Made by a program: the position numbers and the translations under genes. A stretch of 29,408 nucleotides of DNA from Sarea resinae. Its lineage: Eukaryota. Under the pieces are notes generated by a model, which searched no databases, had not been told where the DNA came from, and saw only the letters and a program-made list of their open reading frames with translations. Every line of letters starts with the position of its first letter. Positions within the stretch are counted from its first letter, which is position 1. The stretch is from NCBI GenBank assembly GCA_026026165.1, contig JAPEUD010000061.1, forward strand, positions 124,001 through 153,408, given 5' to 3'. Shown one piece after another: positions 1-13,133 of the stretch.

Positions 1-627
1 CACGTTCCAAACCTCGAGGGACAAGAATGGAAAAGTACTAGACGAACACCAACTGTAGTAGCGAGCAGTGCCGTCAATGATCTGCCGCTCCAATGGTCTA
101 AGGGGCTTAGAGGTCCGGTCCAAGCGTCTGGACTAGACCATTTGGACCATTGGAAGCCATTGGCAGCACCAGTAGAGTAGCGAGACCCTGACACTAAAAC
201 ATGCAACCCTGCAACCCCGCAAAGATGACCCGCGCATGGCACTAGCCCTACAATAAGTTCGCCCTGATCCTCCTCAGCGTCAGCTACGGCTCTCAACCTC
301 TTTCCGACCTGAAGAGAGAATTGATCTTCAATCAAAGAGCAGAAAGTTACACCGGTAAAACTGGGTAGAGAGTACATCAGACAGCTGTCCATTCGGACCA
401 TCAATAAGCTACTATGATTCACACCTAGCATGACGGCATCCTCTACCAGGAGACTCGCAGCAAAAACGCCAGCAGACCTCGAAGCCCCACATGAAGTCCA
501 GCTCTTCAGTTGAACGAAGCCGGTCGTCTACACGCTTCGTTCAGACTAGAATCGCCCGGGGGCCGCTGGGTCTCATCGGTATGGAGTGTAGAAGTCGGCA
601 AGCGGCATGCGGTCTGCCAGATGACGC

Positions 628-894
628 GTGAAGGCAGCAACGACTGCTTGCCACAATTTAATCTCGATAGCCACGCCGTCCGACCGAGTGAGTGAGGGGT
701 TGCGGCAATCGGGCGTTGGATCTGCGCGAGGCAATACCATTCCATTGACGTCTGCGGGCTGTCGAGAGAGCGTGGCCAGTTTTGCATGGAGTGAAACCGG
801 CAAGTATAATGCGAACCTGAGTGCAGAGGAGAAGACGGCAGAGGAGAGCCGAGTGGAAGATAAGATGATGCCCAAGAATTATGACGTAGACTAA
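628..894 (+). CDS. Possible 3' end (last exon) of a hypothetical protein gene entering from upstream
   Basis: Open frame with protein-like composition ending MMPKNYDVD*; no recognisable domain. Confidence 0.2.
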   Translation: MKAATTACHNLISIATPSDRVSEGLRQSGVGSARGNTIPLTSAGCRESVASFAWSETGKYNANLSAEEKTAEESRVEDKMMPKNYDVD

Positions 895-2279
895 AAGTAC
901 GCCCAACTGCGAAGGACGTCTGAGACTAGTCTAGTGGTCCAGGTGCAGTAAGGGCTGGCCGACCTGCTTCAAGTCCTGCCGGATGGAAAATTGCAGCATA
1001 ATAACTTGCACGAGATCGAAAGCTATTATGCTGCGTACAACGATAGTAACATCGCAGTGCCTATTGATTAGGCGCGAGCATTCTATCGAGGTTTTCTATA
1101 TCATGATGTTGGCTACGACTTGCTCGTATACCCGCGAGAGCGATACGGCACGTTCCTACCCTTTAAGCAGACACATCACCTTGACCTGCTAGAGAGAATG
1201 AAGCGGTTTTACGATAAGCACTTGGGAGCCACCTAGAATCAATGTGGTTTTAAAGCGAGCTTTTATGCGCCTGTAGGAACCAAACCCAATGGATAATTTA
1301 GTAGACCTTCTTTAGTACAATTGATTTAGTAAATTTAGTAAATACAGATACTGAAAACCACATTGAGCTTAAGCAATTGCTTGATGTGAGGATTATAGCT
1401 CAATATATTCCTTGTGCCTACCTTATGTGTTAGATCGACTATTATGCACAGCATGAGGGCGACAGCGTTGTAGCACTAGAGGGTGCAAGAAGACAGGGCC
1501 TAATTAAAAAGACACTTACTTTTCGTGTCTATAAGATCAGCCAGATAAGAAGCAATTACATAGCTGGAGGGCAAAATAATTGTCGTCAAACACTTGCTGG
1601 GCGCCGCCCGCTAATCAATCCAAAGTCAACACTAAGCTTCTAAAGTATCTATTTGCCTTTTCTGTAATCCGTCTGTCAGTCAATCCTTTTCCTGTGGAAC
1701 CAAGTGCGCGTTCTGTAGGATATTTGATTATTCCATTTGCCTAGCCAGATAGATAGAGGCATTAGGTTAGAACAACAGGGCGTGGTAGGTGTTTGATATG
1801 CGTCAACTCGCTCGCCTTGGCGATTGGCGCGACTCTATAACGATCATCATTCTGGTCATTGCCTTGTCGAAGAACATTGTTGGTAGAGCAGAGAACAGAT
1901 CTGATACACAATATCATCTCCTTTTAGAAAAGATAGCATGCCATTATTATATACGCCCTATTCAATTTCACAGGCCTATGTACTCTATATACGCTCTCTC
2001 CAAGACGTCTTTTCTGCATAAATCCTCTAGGTTTAACCGTTATCAATCGTCCAATATACGTGAGAAACACGAAAGATGGACGGCTGCAGAGCTAGCGTCT
2101 AGCTACACGGTTCGCATAATAAGTCGGTGACGTCGAGGCCAAATCGTCGAGCCAGGGCAGACTGAGTTTGTATCCAGGTTGGCTTGACCCCTCGTGGACC
2201 CAGCTGGGTCCGGCGCGACCCGGGTCCAAGCCCGCTTGTACCTACGCCACCGGTTCGCCATGGGCGAGCAACAGCGGAT

Positions 2280-3561
2280 CTAAGTGAGTTCCTCTTCTGA
2301 TCCACTCTCCGCCGGCACAGGACGGTAGCGGCCTGGGGTGACATAGCCGGTCCACTCGTCATAATACCACAGACGCTCCCAGCCACACCACGCCCTGTGA
2401 CGAGACCGAGACTCATACTTTTTGAGGGAAGGGAGAAACGCCAGAAAGGCGGCAGTCGAATAAAGGGCGCCTCCGATCAGATCAATGCGCCAGTGATGCA
2501 GAAGGTAGATGGTCGACCACCATTGCCAGAATACAAAGGCGCCGCACAGGTACTTGCCCCGCTTGGGAGAGTAGCGGGCCAGGAAGAAGAAGTTCATGAC
2601 TGCGAAACCAGAGTGCAGAGAAGGAAAGGCGCCAAAAACCAGTGGAGAGGCACGGAATGCGTGTGCGTAGATGTGGGTGCCAAGGACGGCGTCCACCCGG
2701 ACCAGACCGGCCGCCGAGCCCGGCATGCTGTAGTTGCCCGGTTTCGGAGGAGTGCCATAGCCATATGCATCGCTTTGGTACCATGGCGAAGCATTGGGGA
2801 AGCTCAGATGCGTGAAAACACCGGCCAGGTTCTGGAAGCCAAACGCCCAGCCGTATACACCGATCACACCGGGAGGTGCGAAGAACCATAGCCAAACAGC
2901 CGTCAGGTATGGAGAGATGAAGTGCACGACGCCGTAGGAGATCCAGGCAAAGAGATCCTTGGTCCGGTTTAGGTCCTGGGCGAAGAAGTTCAGGATGTTG
3001 AGTATGAATGGAAGGGAAGCCGCGGTAAGGGCCCACGGTGTACGGATTACGGCATAGTAGATGCCGGCCAGGACAGCGCTTTGCGCAATCAGACCCGTCG
3101 GGGTCTCGTAGAGATACTTCTCCCACGCCGGTAGGAGGTCGACGTGAATATAAGGCCGAATACTCGCCGGAATCAGACGCGCTTCCTTGAAGGTGCTGAT
3201 CCAGACCGCGACCGGGAGAAGGTTGAGCAGGAAGATGCCCACGAACTGCAAGGGAGATTTTTCGTTGAGGAGGACGAGCGTCAGGTATCGGACGAAGCGA
3301 ACCACGTAACCCAACAATCCTCGGTGATAGAAGGGAGAGTTGGAGGATTTGGCGTCGTTAAGGGAGGCGCGAGGAGACGAGGAGGCTGTGAGGATGAGTA
3401 AGAGTACAATGCAGCAATCAACAACGAAACGCACCTTGGGATTCAGAGTCGATGTCAATGACGCCGATCGGTCCCAAGCCCTTCTCTATACGATCCTCAT
3501 CTTGGTCGACATCGGGCTCCCAGGTAAGCCGGTCTGCTTTGGAGGGTGTAGACGTCCGCAT
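2280..3561 (-). CDS. Inositol-phosphoceramide synthase / inositolphosphotransferase (Aur1/Ipt1 family, PAP2 fold), Ipt1-like; 2 exons join(2280..3385,3435..3561), ~410 aa
   Basis: Motifs HLSFPNASPWY, GSAAGLVRVD, FGAFPSLH and HHWRIDLIGG plus several hydrophobic helices. ATG at 3561 and a 49-nt intron (GTGCGT...CTCACAG, 3434-3386) splice in frame to the 2280..3458 ORF, whose TTG start is not a real start. HHWRxD resembles Ipt1 more than Aur1 (HHYxxD). Confidence 0.88.
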
Positions 3562-5485
3562 GTCGAACACAACGGGAAAAACAGCACGACTCTGATGCCA
3601 CGTGTCTAGTCGAGTCGAGCAGAGCAGAGCAGCAAGAGGCCGCTAGAGCATGGTGTTGCCAAGTGGAACTCCGTCCAGAAGCTGCAGCTGGTGGAGGGAA
3701 GAAAGGAGGAGAGGAGGGAGAAGTGGCAGTGAAAAGAAGCCGTCGAGATGAGTGAATAGTGAGATGGATCCGTCGGACGCTCCTTTCTCTCCGGACCGCC
3801 CGGAATACGGGTAATTGTTCGCCTCGCCCCTAAATTGTGCCAGCCCTGTCAGCCCTGAGGTGGCGTTACGGCGCGAACGAAGTACGGAGTACTGTGTACG
3901 GCGAGGAACTACGGGGATGAAGGGCTACGACAAAGTAGATGTACGAAGTACATGACACCTGGTACACCGCAGTCAGGAGCACAGCCGAAGTACCGTGATA
4001 CTTGCTATGGGAGTACGTTCAGTACCTACGTACTATCCCTTGTGTACTGCGCCGTACTCCGTACAGCCATGAGTACTCGGAGTACTTCGCACGAGTTCTG
4101 CCGCAGTAGACGGAGAAAAACCTGATCAGTCGTGTCCAATCAAGTGTGTTTTTTCAACTCCTATCGATGCAACGTTGACTTGGCTGAAACAAACAACAGA
4201 CGCCACCAATATACGCGACATTGGTTGATATGTAAACAAGTGAGAGGAGACCCGAACCTATGAACCCTGAGAGGTGACAGATGGGCACGCGCGGCACCCA
4301 AAGCGGGCCTGAGATATAGCCGCCAACCTGAACATCTGACGTTTCTCAAGGCTCAGATCACGATCGCAACAGGATTGCGTGATCGTTCTTGGCAGCATTT
4401 CAGGCTTCTGCGAAGCTGATAAGGTCTTTATGAACATTCTCCTGAAACATCAGATCTTGAAATTTGAATCCGAAAGGTTCTTTTACGCGTAACGAACTTC
4501 CTTTATTTACAGGGTACCTGCCACTTTCCAAATTCACATACAGTATTGTCTCGAATTACGGCTAAGGCTTCTGCAGGCCTAGGCGTGCAATATCAAGCAA
4601 ATTCTTACAAACGCGGAAAGACTTTGAGACGATCCATTACGCAGTATACACGTGCTGGATCGCCTATGACGCCAATGACGCCTATGTTGCTGAAAAAGTA
4701 TTGACCGGGCATGAAATTCGCGCGGAAGCTGGCTGGTGATATCGAACTCTTCCTAACCCAGCGGTAGATTGGCCTGATCAATTTCTAGCGCGGCATGATA
4801 TCGCTGCAATCCACTGCTATTGAAAAGGTCTGCATTTTCACCTGGTGCCAATGCTCTCGATCCTGCTTGCTGACCTGCCAGCCACGCGCCTGATTGCGAT
4901 GCTGCCTTATAAGTTTCCGATTGATTGTCATACAGTTGCACTGATCTTGTCAGCTTGATAGAGAATCAATGGTTCTCCCAATGCGTCAAAAGGTTGACGA
5001 GTTGTAGCCGCTAATCGACCTGATGTGGTTCTGCCTGTACACAGCGTTGGAATGCCTTACTATTTGCCTTTACTTTAGGTCAATATGGCATAGCAATACT
5101 CTCAATACCAATAGAGGTTCTCAACAGTGTTACATGTCGACTGCGGAGAAGCCCGAGAAAATCACGTTCATGGTGCAGCCATTGGTCGTAGAAACGCTGC
5201 CTTCTACGTCTATACCGACTTTCAATTCGACTGCGACTTCGATTGCTGCCATTGCGATCTATCAACTATTCAATCAAGTACGAATTTTTACCTGTCGCTT
5301 CTAGCTAGTTGAACGGCTCCTTGTACTGACCTGTTTCGACCCATTATAGCCAGCTTCCAGTCACTACTTGTTCGGTATCCTTGTGTGTTGATGCGGCGAT
5401 ATCTTGATTGACTAGCTCAAGTGCTCTCTTAAGCATGACTGAGATGCGATTCCCTTGAAATTAAAGTACAGACTTGATCTAGGCA

Positions 5486-6579
5486 TCACGTGCTCCTAAT
5501 CAGATCTTTCAATATCTCTTCCCTCTAATTTTCTGTAATGCTCGCGTGCGTCTCGTCCTCCACTCTGAGATGCGCTCTTCCACCTAGCCGTGCCGCTATC
5601 TGCTCACTATGATTCAGTGTAACGTTAGTATCGAGCTTCCTATACCACAGCTGCACAGGTAGGTCGGGACGAGTATCCTCGATGCGAAAACCAAAGTCTA
5701 TGCACATCAACTTGCCATCCTGTAGCGTCCCTTCAAATCCCTGCGCGAAGCTTTCCCGGGTCGCTCGCAACCGCAATCAGAGGATATCTTCATCCTTCAT
5801 AATGACAACGTCCTTCTTATGAGCGGTTGCCTCAGGCCTTAGCGCAAGCTGCTGCTGAAGTTTGAGACGCTTTTCGTCGCTCTAGTCTAAGCGTCCTGCT
5901 GGCTCGCTTTGCAAAAACCACCGCAGGAAAATGGCGGTGCTATAGCGCCACCCAAATGTGAATCCAACCCAGTGTAGAAATCCCGCGCCACGCATGCCGA
6001 TGTCCGCGGCGGCCCCAGGCCGCAGACGATTGAAACACACTTGAGCCTTTCGCGAGGTAATGACATTGCACAAGCAAGTTCATATGGCCCACCTCCTGAT
6101 ATTCCCTGTCAATTTCATTTAGTATCGAGTCTCGGACATTCTTAGGGATAAGACGTTGTTCGTACTAATACACTATACTCATCTAGCCCGAGATGCCTTG
6201 CAAGGCACTCCAAGTCTTTGGGATGATCAAGGAGTGTTCGACCGGGTTGGGGTGAGCTCCAACCTATACCAGGTCTGTCCACGGCGATAATACGGGCGCC
6301 TAATTTCAGACCCAGCTCGTCTTTCGCGGCAGCCTCGATGCGAGAGCCGGGAAGGCCATGGAGGTAAAAAATAGCCCGTCCTGTCGGCGAAGCATACTGT
6401 GCGTAACCAAGTTTTCGTCCTTCCGGGAGGGTCACGGTGTCCGAACCGTCGTTGTCCAAACGGAAACGCGACTTGCGCGGTTCACTTTCAAGGATCGCTG
6501 GAGGGTTGACCGGGTCGTTGATCGTTGTAGAGCGAGTAAACACTTGCCAAAGGTAAGCTATCAGATCCGACAGAGCCAT
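5486..6579 (-). pseudogene. Alpha/beta-hydrolase pseudogene
   Basis: Exon 1 6579-6166 (HGLPGSR, AVDRPGIGWS), intron GTACGA...CAG 6165-6106, exon 2 starts with the nucleophile elbow GISGGGPY. A frameshift near 6005 and in-frame stops at about 5882, 5777 and 5525 follow. The remaining sequence (LWYxKLDTNV...DETHASI) continues to TGA at 5486. Confidence 0.82.
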
Positions 6580-7812
6580 AATGCCGAAAGAATTCAGACA
6601 TAGCCTAAATAGCTGTTGCTTTATCTACCCTGCTAAACGGCTGGAAAGGTGGGTGTTACAACACTACAAGAAAAGCCATCATTTACTGCGATTTGCGTAA
6701 ATCATCGTGGATATATATTCCTCCTAATATCTCCGTATTTTGAGGCTGAATTTTCCGTGTCATGCCGACTGTCTAATTCAACATTGTCACATGATCATTC
6801 TGGACCAGGACAACCGTGGTACGATGATAAGAACCAAAGGGTTCGATGAAGTCCTACCAATTGAATCCCATATCTCTAATAATCCGATGTATACTAATGG
6901 TGTTTCTCACATGAGAGCATGTGTGCAGAATAGATACATGGTTGCAAGGCCGGAAAACGAGCTAATAATCGCTCCTTCCTCGACGTTCAATCTAACGCAG
7001 GCGCTCCTTCGTCGCGATGAGAGCTGTTTCTCATCATTGGCAAAGACGACATCACTAGTGCTCTATTAATGGAGGATAGTTGTTACTTCCACGTTCTGAA
7101 AAAGCAACAGCGTGAGTAGCAGTAGATCGCGGATCGCGGACTTTGATAACTGACAGCGAATCATACCAACAGCGCCCGACCAGTGTGTCAGAGATTGGGC
7201 CAAGGCCGTTTAGAATTGGCTCCTCACTGTAATAGTGAGTAAGTCATTGGACATCTCTCGGACTTGGATTGCCCGATAAGCCTCTACTGTTGATCGTGAT
7301 GCAGTCTTATGATTGATGCCTGAGAGCGAAAGAGTAGCCGCGCACTCGACGTTTAACGCGTCGAGCGAAGTACACACGACTTGAAAATTGGCGGTCTTTC
7401 CCGCATTCGACCAGGTTCTCCGTACTTTCGACACTCTTGAACTCAGGTCTCGACTTTTGCAGATCTTCGTGACTTGTGACCGCTGAACTACAAAGACGGA
7501 CAAGATGATGTCCAGAAGGCATCTCATTCCTATCAACTACACTGGCATGTCCACCTCACCTCTCACACCCTACGTTCTTTCGATCAATTACGGGAATGTC
7601 TCGGTACGACTCGCGGGGCTAGAAGACACAATAGATTAGTATTCGCGCGATTGCTCTGCATTGCTCTGCATCAACTCTCGCTAATCGAGGAAAATATCCC
7701 AATCTATGAATAAGAAAATGAAACCAATGGAACCAAAGAGAGAGAGAAAGAAAGAAAGAAAAGAGTGACCTAAGCCAAGGGAAAAGACGGGAAACCGAGA
7801 GAAGAAAAATAT

Positions 7813-9513
7813 TCACTTGTGCCCTAAGACCACGAGCTTCTTCCCAGTTCGTTGCTCGATATCGGCCAGGATCTTGTGCATCGGTGTCACGATGGTGAGA
7901 TCAATCAGCGCGTTCAGAGGCGTCCCTCCAATGATCATCGCGCAGACGCTCGCGGTGCCTGTTGCTTCATCTCCCATGGCAACCCAGCTTCCGGAATCGC
8001 CAACGTCAGAAAAGGCTTTTCTGCTATAGTCCTCGTTGGACCCGACGGCGAATTCGCGCGTGATCACTCGACGCCGCCCACCGTGGCCATCGAATATATA
8101 GTTTCCCTTCATGCACGCATATACTCGGTATCGGAGAACAGTTCCTGTCGTCACGCCGGTCGTTCGACCCGCTTTGCAGACCGTCGCTCCTGGTAAAAGA
8201 GGACCGACGTGGTCGATTGCGAAGTCATGCACGACATTTATTCCTGTGCGGATGGCGCGCACGAGCGCCCAATCCATGGTCAGTGACTCTTGCTCAAGCG
8301 CCACCGACCCTGTTCGGTATCCAAGCCGCACATCATTTGTCAGCGTGGGGTCCTCGATACTAGCTACAGTGTTGTACTCGGACCCAAACGAGACGGGAGC
8401 GCGGAAGGCGTGGGCAACCGTGCCCAAATACCGCTGCGCATTTGGCCGGCGATCCTGATGCCGGGCCAGTGTGGCCTTGAGATCTTGAAGCCGTCCCCGC
8501 AATTGCGTGGTATAGCGCTCGAGTCGTTCGATCGCTCTGTCGTCTTGACCGCCCAACATTGTTCGGCGGGCCGCGATCCTCTCCTCGTAGCCCGCCACCG
8601 CCGCCTCCTGGACCCGGATCGACCCCTCGAGCTCTTTTTCGCGCTTCATGTGATCTTCGTTCGACTGCTGAAGGATTGCAGTGTCAGGCGCCTGCCCCTT
8701 CTCATCGGTGTCAAGTTTACCCTGACCGACATGTCCGGCCGTCATGATGTATGTGGCAGAATCCTCCTCCGGATCTTCCAGGAACCCACCGAGTGACCCA
8801 GTGCCATGGTCGGCGAGCGAGGCCAATCCAATCGATGATCCGAGAGCGGGTTCCTCTTGGTATGTGCGGAGAGGATGCAGGGAAACTCCATTCTGGCTGT
8901 TGATCGCTCCACGATACATGACAAAGGACATGTTGCCGAAAATCAGGGGACTGACCAGGCTGCATTGGGGAAACACAAGCACAATCACTACCGCTTCCCG
9001 TTCGGCGTTCCGAAGCCGAGCGGGGAAGACGGCCCAACCCTCCTCAATCCCATGCCTATCTGCGAGGAAATAGATGCTGTGTGCAATATGGCGCATCTGC
9101 TGCTTCATGTCCTCACGCCAGTCGTCCTCAGTCAGGTCGTGGTTCAATCCTAGCCGACCTTGTGAACCGTCGAAGAGAGGCTTCAAGTCATCGGAGAATA
9201 TGAACATCATACTGTTCTCTGTCGACGGACCATGGCCTAGCTCCTCTACAGACGGAGGTGATGTCATAGTTGGAGAAATAGAGAACCGCCGCGACGAGGA
9301 AGATGGTTGTGGCGTTACAACATTCCGGGGCTGGGCGGGCGCGGGCGCGGGCGCAAATGCAGGCATTCGCATGGCCCGCGCGTTCTCGCTAATCTCTGCG
9401 AGCGCTGGTGGCGCAGTAGTATCGTCGGGGCGGATGATCTTCGCGGGAGGGCCCGATACGCTGGAACTTCGACTACGCCGGCGCTTGAGGGGTGCTTTGT
9501 TATGCTTGCCCAT
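7813..9513 (-). CDS. Intronless trypsin-like (PA clan) serine protease, fungal Ssy5/Nal1-like type, with coiled-coil insertion
   Basis: 566-aa ORF with catalytic-triad motifs IMTAGHV (His), MDWALVR (Asp) and FSDVGDSGSWV (Ser), plus CKAGRTTGVTTGTV. Basic, low-complexity N-terminus with no signal peptide. Confidence 0.8.
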   Translation of the reverse strand: MGKHNKAPLKRRRSRSSSVSGPPAKIIRPDDTTAPPALAEISENARAMRMPAFAPAPAPAQPRNVVTPQPSSSSRRFSISPTMTSPPSVEELGHGPSTENSMMFIFSDDLKPLFDGSQGRLGLNHDLTEDDWREDMKQQMRHIAHSIYFLADRHGIEEGWAVFPARLRNAEREAVVIVLVFPQCSLVSPLIFGNMSFVMYRGAINSQNGVSLHPLRTYQEEPALGSSIGLASLADHGTGSLGGFLEDPEEDSATYIMTAGHVGQGKLDTDEKGQAPDTAILQQSNEDHMKREKELEGSIRVQEAAVAGYEERIAARRTMLGGQDDRAIERLERYTTQLRGRLQDLKATLARHQDRRPNAQRYLGTVAHAFRAPVSFGSEYNTVASIEDPTLTNDVRLGYRTGSVALEQESLTMDWALVRAIRTGINVVHDFAIDHVGPLLPGATVCKAGRTTGVTTGTVLRYRVYACMKGNYIFDGHGGRRRVITREFAVGSNEDYSRKAFSDVGDSGSWVAMGDEATGTASVCAMIIGGTPLNALIDLTIVTPMHKILADIEQRTGKKLVVLGHK

Positions 9514-10029
9514 TATCAGAACCCTCAGACCAGCGATTCAAATGGGATCGGAAGGGCTTGGAATAACGCAACAATCTATACGAGACAGGAGAGAGCAGAG
9601 AAGACAAGAAGCGCAGCGGCCTATAATGCGATGAAACGAGGAGAAAAAGAGGAGAGGACAGCTTCCAGCGTTGGCATTATCGGCAGGGCTCTATCTACAT
9701 GTCTTTTCCCAGATCTAAGCTACAAAGAGTTTCTCGCTGAAGACAGGCAAGTGCGACCGGAGAGTGGTGTACTGGCGATCCAGCAAGGTGTTCTCGTTGC
9801 GGATTTCGACCCTGGCTGAAGGTAGACCACCAGGTTCCTTTTCCAAGTCTCTCGCGCTGATTGGTAAACACGAAAACAATTATATCGATAGTCATTCTAT
9901 CTCCTCCTTTATTAGTGAAGCCTATTGAAGCCTATGCTTGTACTAATTGAAAATAAAAAGTTAGCTAGTAATTTCGGCCCCTTTGTAGGGCGATCATCGC
10001 GCTAGGTAACCCTAGTGGCCGCGCCAGTT

Positions 10030-11032
10030 CAGAGTGTCCACTTAGGTACCCACTAGGCGGGTAGGGGGTCACGTACCCGCCTACCCGTGGGTAGCAGGTA
10101 CCTATAGCAGTACATACCCGCCTGATAGGACCCGATAGGTGGGCTTAGGTACCTATCATGTGACTTTTTCATAGGTACGTACCTATTATGTAATCACAAG
10201 ACAGGTACGTACCTATCCTTAATGCTAAATTGCTAAGGATATAGATAGGAATTAATTACCTATATAAGAATTAAGCGAATTTTAAACAATAAGAGGTAGA
10301 TAAGAATTAAGATAGGAATTACCTTAGAGTTATATATTTTATTAACAATTTAGAAGAGTTAAGCCTTTAACCTCCTAATAAAAGTTATAGTATTTAATGC
10401 AATAAATTATCTAATATTATTAGATTAATAGAATTTTATAAAAAAGTAGTTGTATTACACTTATTATAACTCTAAGCTTTATATAAAAGCTACTACTAAT
10501 AAAGGTGCTATATATAGCTTAGTATAGTAAAAAGTAACTACTTAGTATAGTTTAGTAATATTTAGGTAAGCTAAGTAGAGTTATTAGTTATATAGATTAA
10601 TAGAGGTGCTAGCTATTAGAGCTAGTGTTTAGTGCAATTATAAAGTTAGTACCTATTAGTAATATCTATAGTATTAGTTCTATATTGCTAGAGTAATACT
10701 AGCACACTATAATATACTAGCCTATTTAATTATACTATTTCTCCCTACTCTACTATAGCTAGAAGTCTAAAAAGTAGGCTAATAATTCTAAACACTCTAC
10801 TAATATAGTAATAGACTAGGTAAGATAGTAATAATTAATATATATAATACTATAAGGGCTTTTAACTCTTTACTAAGTAAAAGAGCTAATAGAGATAATA
10901 GTAAGATAATAGCAAGCTAAGTAGAAAGTAAAGTTAAGAAGCTTATCTCTAACTAAATTACTAATTAATTACTAGACTAAATATAGTAAAAGTATAACGC
11001 TAAAGAGTAGTAGGCTTTATATTATTAACTCT
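10030..11032 (+). mobile_element. hAT-like DNA transposon left end and 5' fragment A (RIPped, truncated by copy B)
   Basis: Begins CAGAGTGTCCACTTAGGTACCC; a CAGAGTG terminus is known from the fungal hAT Restless. GGTACC subterminal repeats follow, and the same terminus recurs at 11033 and 15735. No transposase could be read. Confidence 0.55.
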
Positions 11033-11163
11033 TAGAGTATCTACTTAGGTACCTACTAGGTAGGTAGAGAGGTATATACTTGCCTACTTATAGGTAGTAA
11101 GTACTTATAGCAGTATATACTTACTTAATAGAACCTAATAGGTAGGCTTAGGTACCTAAGGTA
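11033..11163 (+). mobile_element. hAT-like left end B (~130 bp, truncated by TLH copy 1)
   Basis: Colinear RIP-variant of 10030-10153. Confidence 0.6.
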
Positions 11164-11467
11164 CCTAACTATATTGCAGGCTATAATCTAAGTAGGATTA
11201 TATAGTATATTTCTTTACTACTTACTGCTAATTAGCTAGCCTAGCTAGTAGAAAGTAGGATTATAACAAGTAGAATTATAATTATAAGAATCTTATAAAA
11301 CATTGCTTTTAATATTGCTAGCCTAATTACTAACCTTTTAGCAACTACCTTTCTATATAACTTAATTAATTCTCTTTTACTATTACTATTATTCTAGCCT
11401 ACTTAACCTTCTAGGGTTTGTATAACCTTAGTTAGAGCTACTTTCTACTTATACCTTAACTAAGTCT

Positions 11468-11504
<37 letters not shown>

Positions 11505-12015
11505 CTATTTACTAGAGGTTCTAGAGGCTTTTTTTAGGCTATTTAGGCTAGATAGTAGCTGTAGCAGTTAACTAGTTACACTATAGAGGTAACTATTAGG
11601 TGCTGCTCTATAGTTAGTTTTATTACACTATTAAGAACATTATATAGTATCTAGAGTATAAGTATATACTGCTACTAAAGAAGTATAGGTAAATTATAGT
11701 AGGCTTATATAACTACACTTTAGCTAGACTATATAAGGTGCTCTTACTCTTAAGAAATAGCCTAGCCTTTATAGCTCTTAAAGAGCCTTTAAATAGCTTT
11801 AAATATAATAATTACAATTAATATAGCTATATTAGTGTAAGTTAGATAGTAATATAATAATATTGTAACTAAAAACACAACTAGTAAGTAAGTAAGTAGA
11901 ACCTAAAGTATTAGCACCTAATTAAAGTGTAGACTTTCTTTAATAGTAGTAGGCTACAGCGATATTTTCTAGTCTAGCTAGTAGAAAAAAAGCATAAGAG
12001 AGAGAGGAATAATAA

Positions 12016-12046
<31 letters not shown>

Positions 12047-13133
12047 AAGAATAATAATTGACTCTTATTACTGCTAGGCTAAGTAGCCTTAGACTACTTA
12101 GCTAGTTAGATCTAGCGCGAATTTAATGCTTAGCAGACTATATATAAGTAGAGTTAGGCTTTAATTAAGAGTAAGATATAGAAGACTAATTAGATAGGCT
12201 AGTTTAGTTGCACTAGCTAGCTAACCTACCTATGTTATTAGAATATAGCCTACTTTCTTTACACTAGTAAGCTTTTAAACTAGTGACTTAGCTAGTAGTA
12301 GTAGTAAGAGTAGTAGTAGTAATAAGAGTAAGATTTTAACTATATCTTAAGCTAAGTAGCTAAGGTTACTTACCTAATAATTAAGCGCTATATAGCTAGG
12401 CTAATAACCTTGCTATATAAGCTCTACTACTAGCTATATAGTAAGAAGTATACTAAGGTGTATCTAAAGCTATTAGGTTAGCTATAGAGTGCTAAGGCCT
12501 AGGTACACTATACTAACTATTAAGTGTGTCTAATCTGCTACTACTTATATATCTTTACTTACTACACTTTTACTATAGCTAATAATAATAATACAGCTAA
12601 TATATAGCTAAAAGATACTAATAAATTGCTGTATCTAATAGCAAAGCAGAATAAGCGCCTATAGGCTATCTAAAAGTCGCTTAAGCTAGATAGTAATAAG
12701 TCTTTATAGGTTAACTAAGTCTTTACCTTCTTATAAGCGCTAATCTTTCACCTACTACTACTAGTAGACTCTTTTAATAGCGTGCTAATCTACTTCCTTA
12801 CTATACTTAGTATTAACTCTCTTACTAATTAGCTGTATATAGTAATACATTACTCTTACTAGCTAGCTAGAGTAGTCTACTATATATAAGTGATTAGAGC
12901 TAAGGTGCTTCTACTAGTAGTAGTGTAGTAGTAGTAAGGCCTAGCTAAGTAGAAGCGCTTCTTAGCCTAGTATAAAAGATTCTTTACTAATAGCTTACTA
13001 AGCCTAATAAGTATAATAATTAGCCTGCTTATATACACTAAGTATATTAGTATATAGCAGCTAAGTATAGCTATAACAAGCTAGGCTAATAATGCTTAGT
13101 TGTTACACTTCTATAGTAAGCTAATTATAATCG
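11164..13133 (+). mobile_element. TLH element copy 1 (3'-truncated, heavily RIPped); ORF remnant ~11552-13136
   Basis: End motif CCTAACTATATTGCAGG, conserved module 11164-11456, (ACTA)n tract, then a DUF3505-like and downstream coding remnant colinear with 21123-22678. Confidence 0.88.

Noticed and set aside
4600..5420. Possible decayed gene on the minus strand (ORF 4753..4941 and neighbours)
   Set aside because: Only short fragments, no recognisable domain or consistent exon structure.
2397..9895. Antisense and overlapping ORFs on the Ipt1-like, hydrolase and protease genes
   Set aside because: Overlap well-supported genes and lack motifs.
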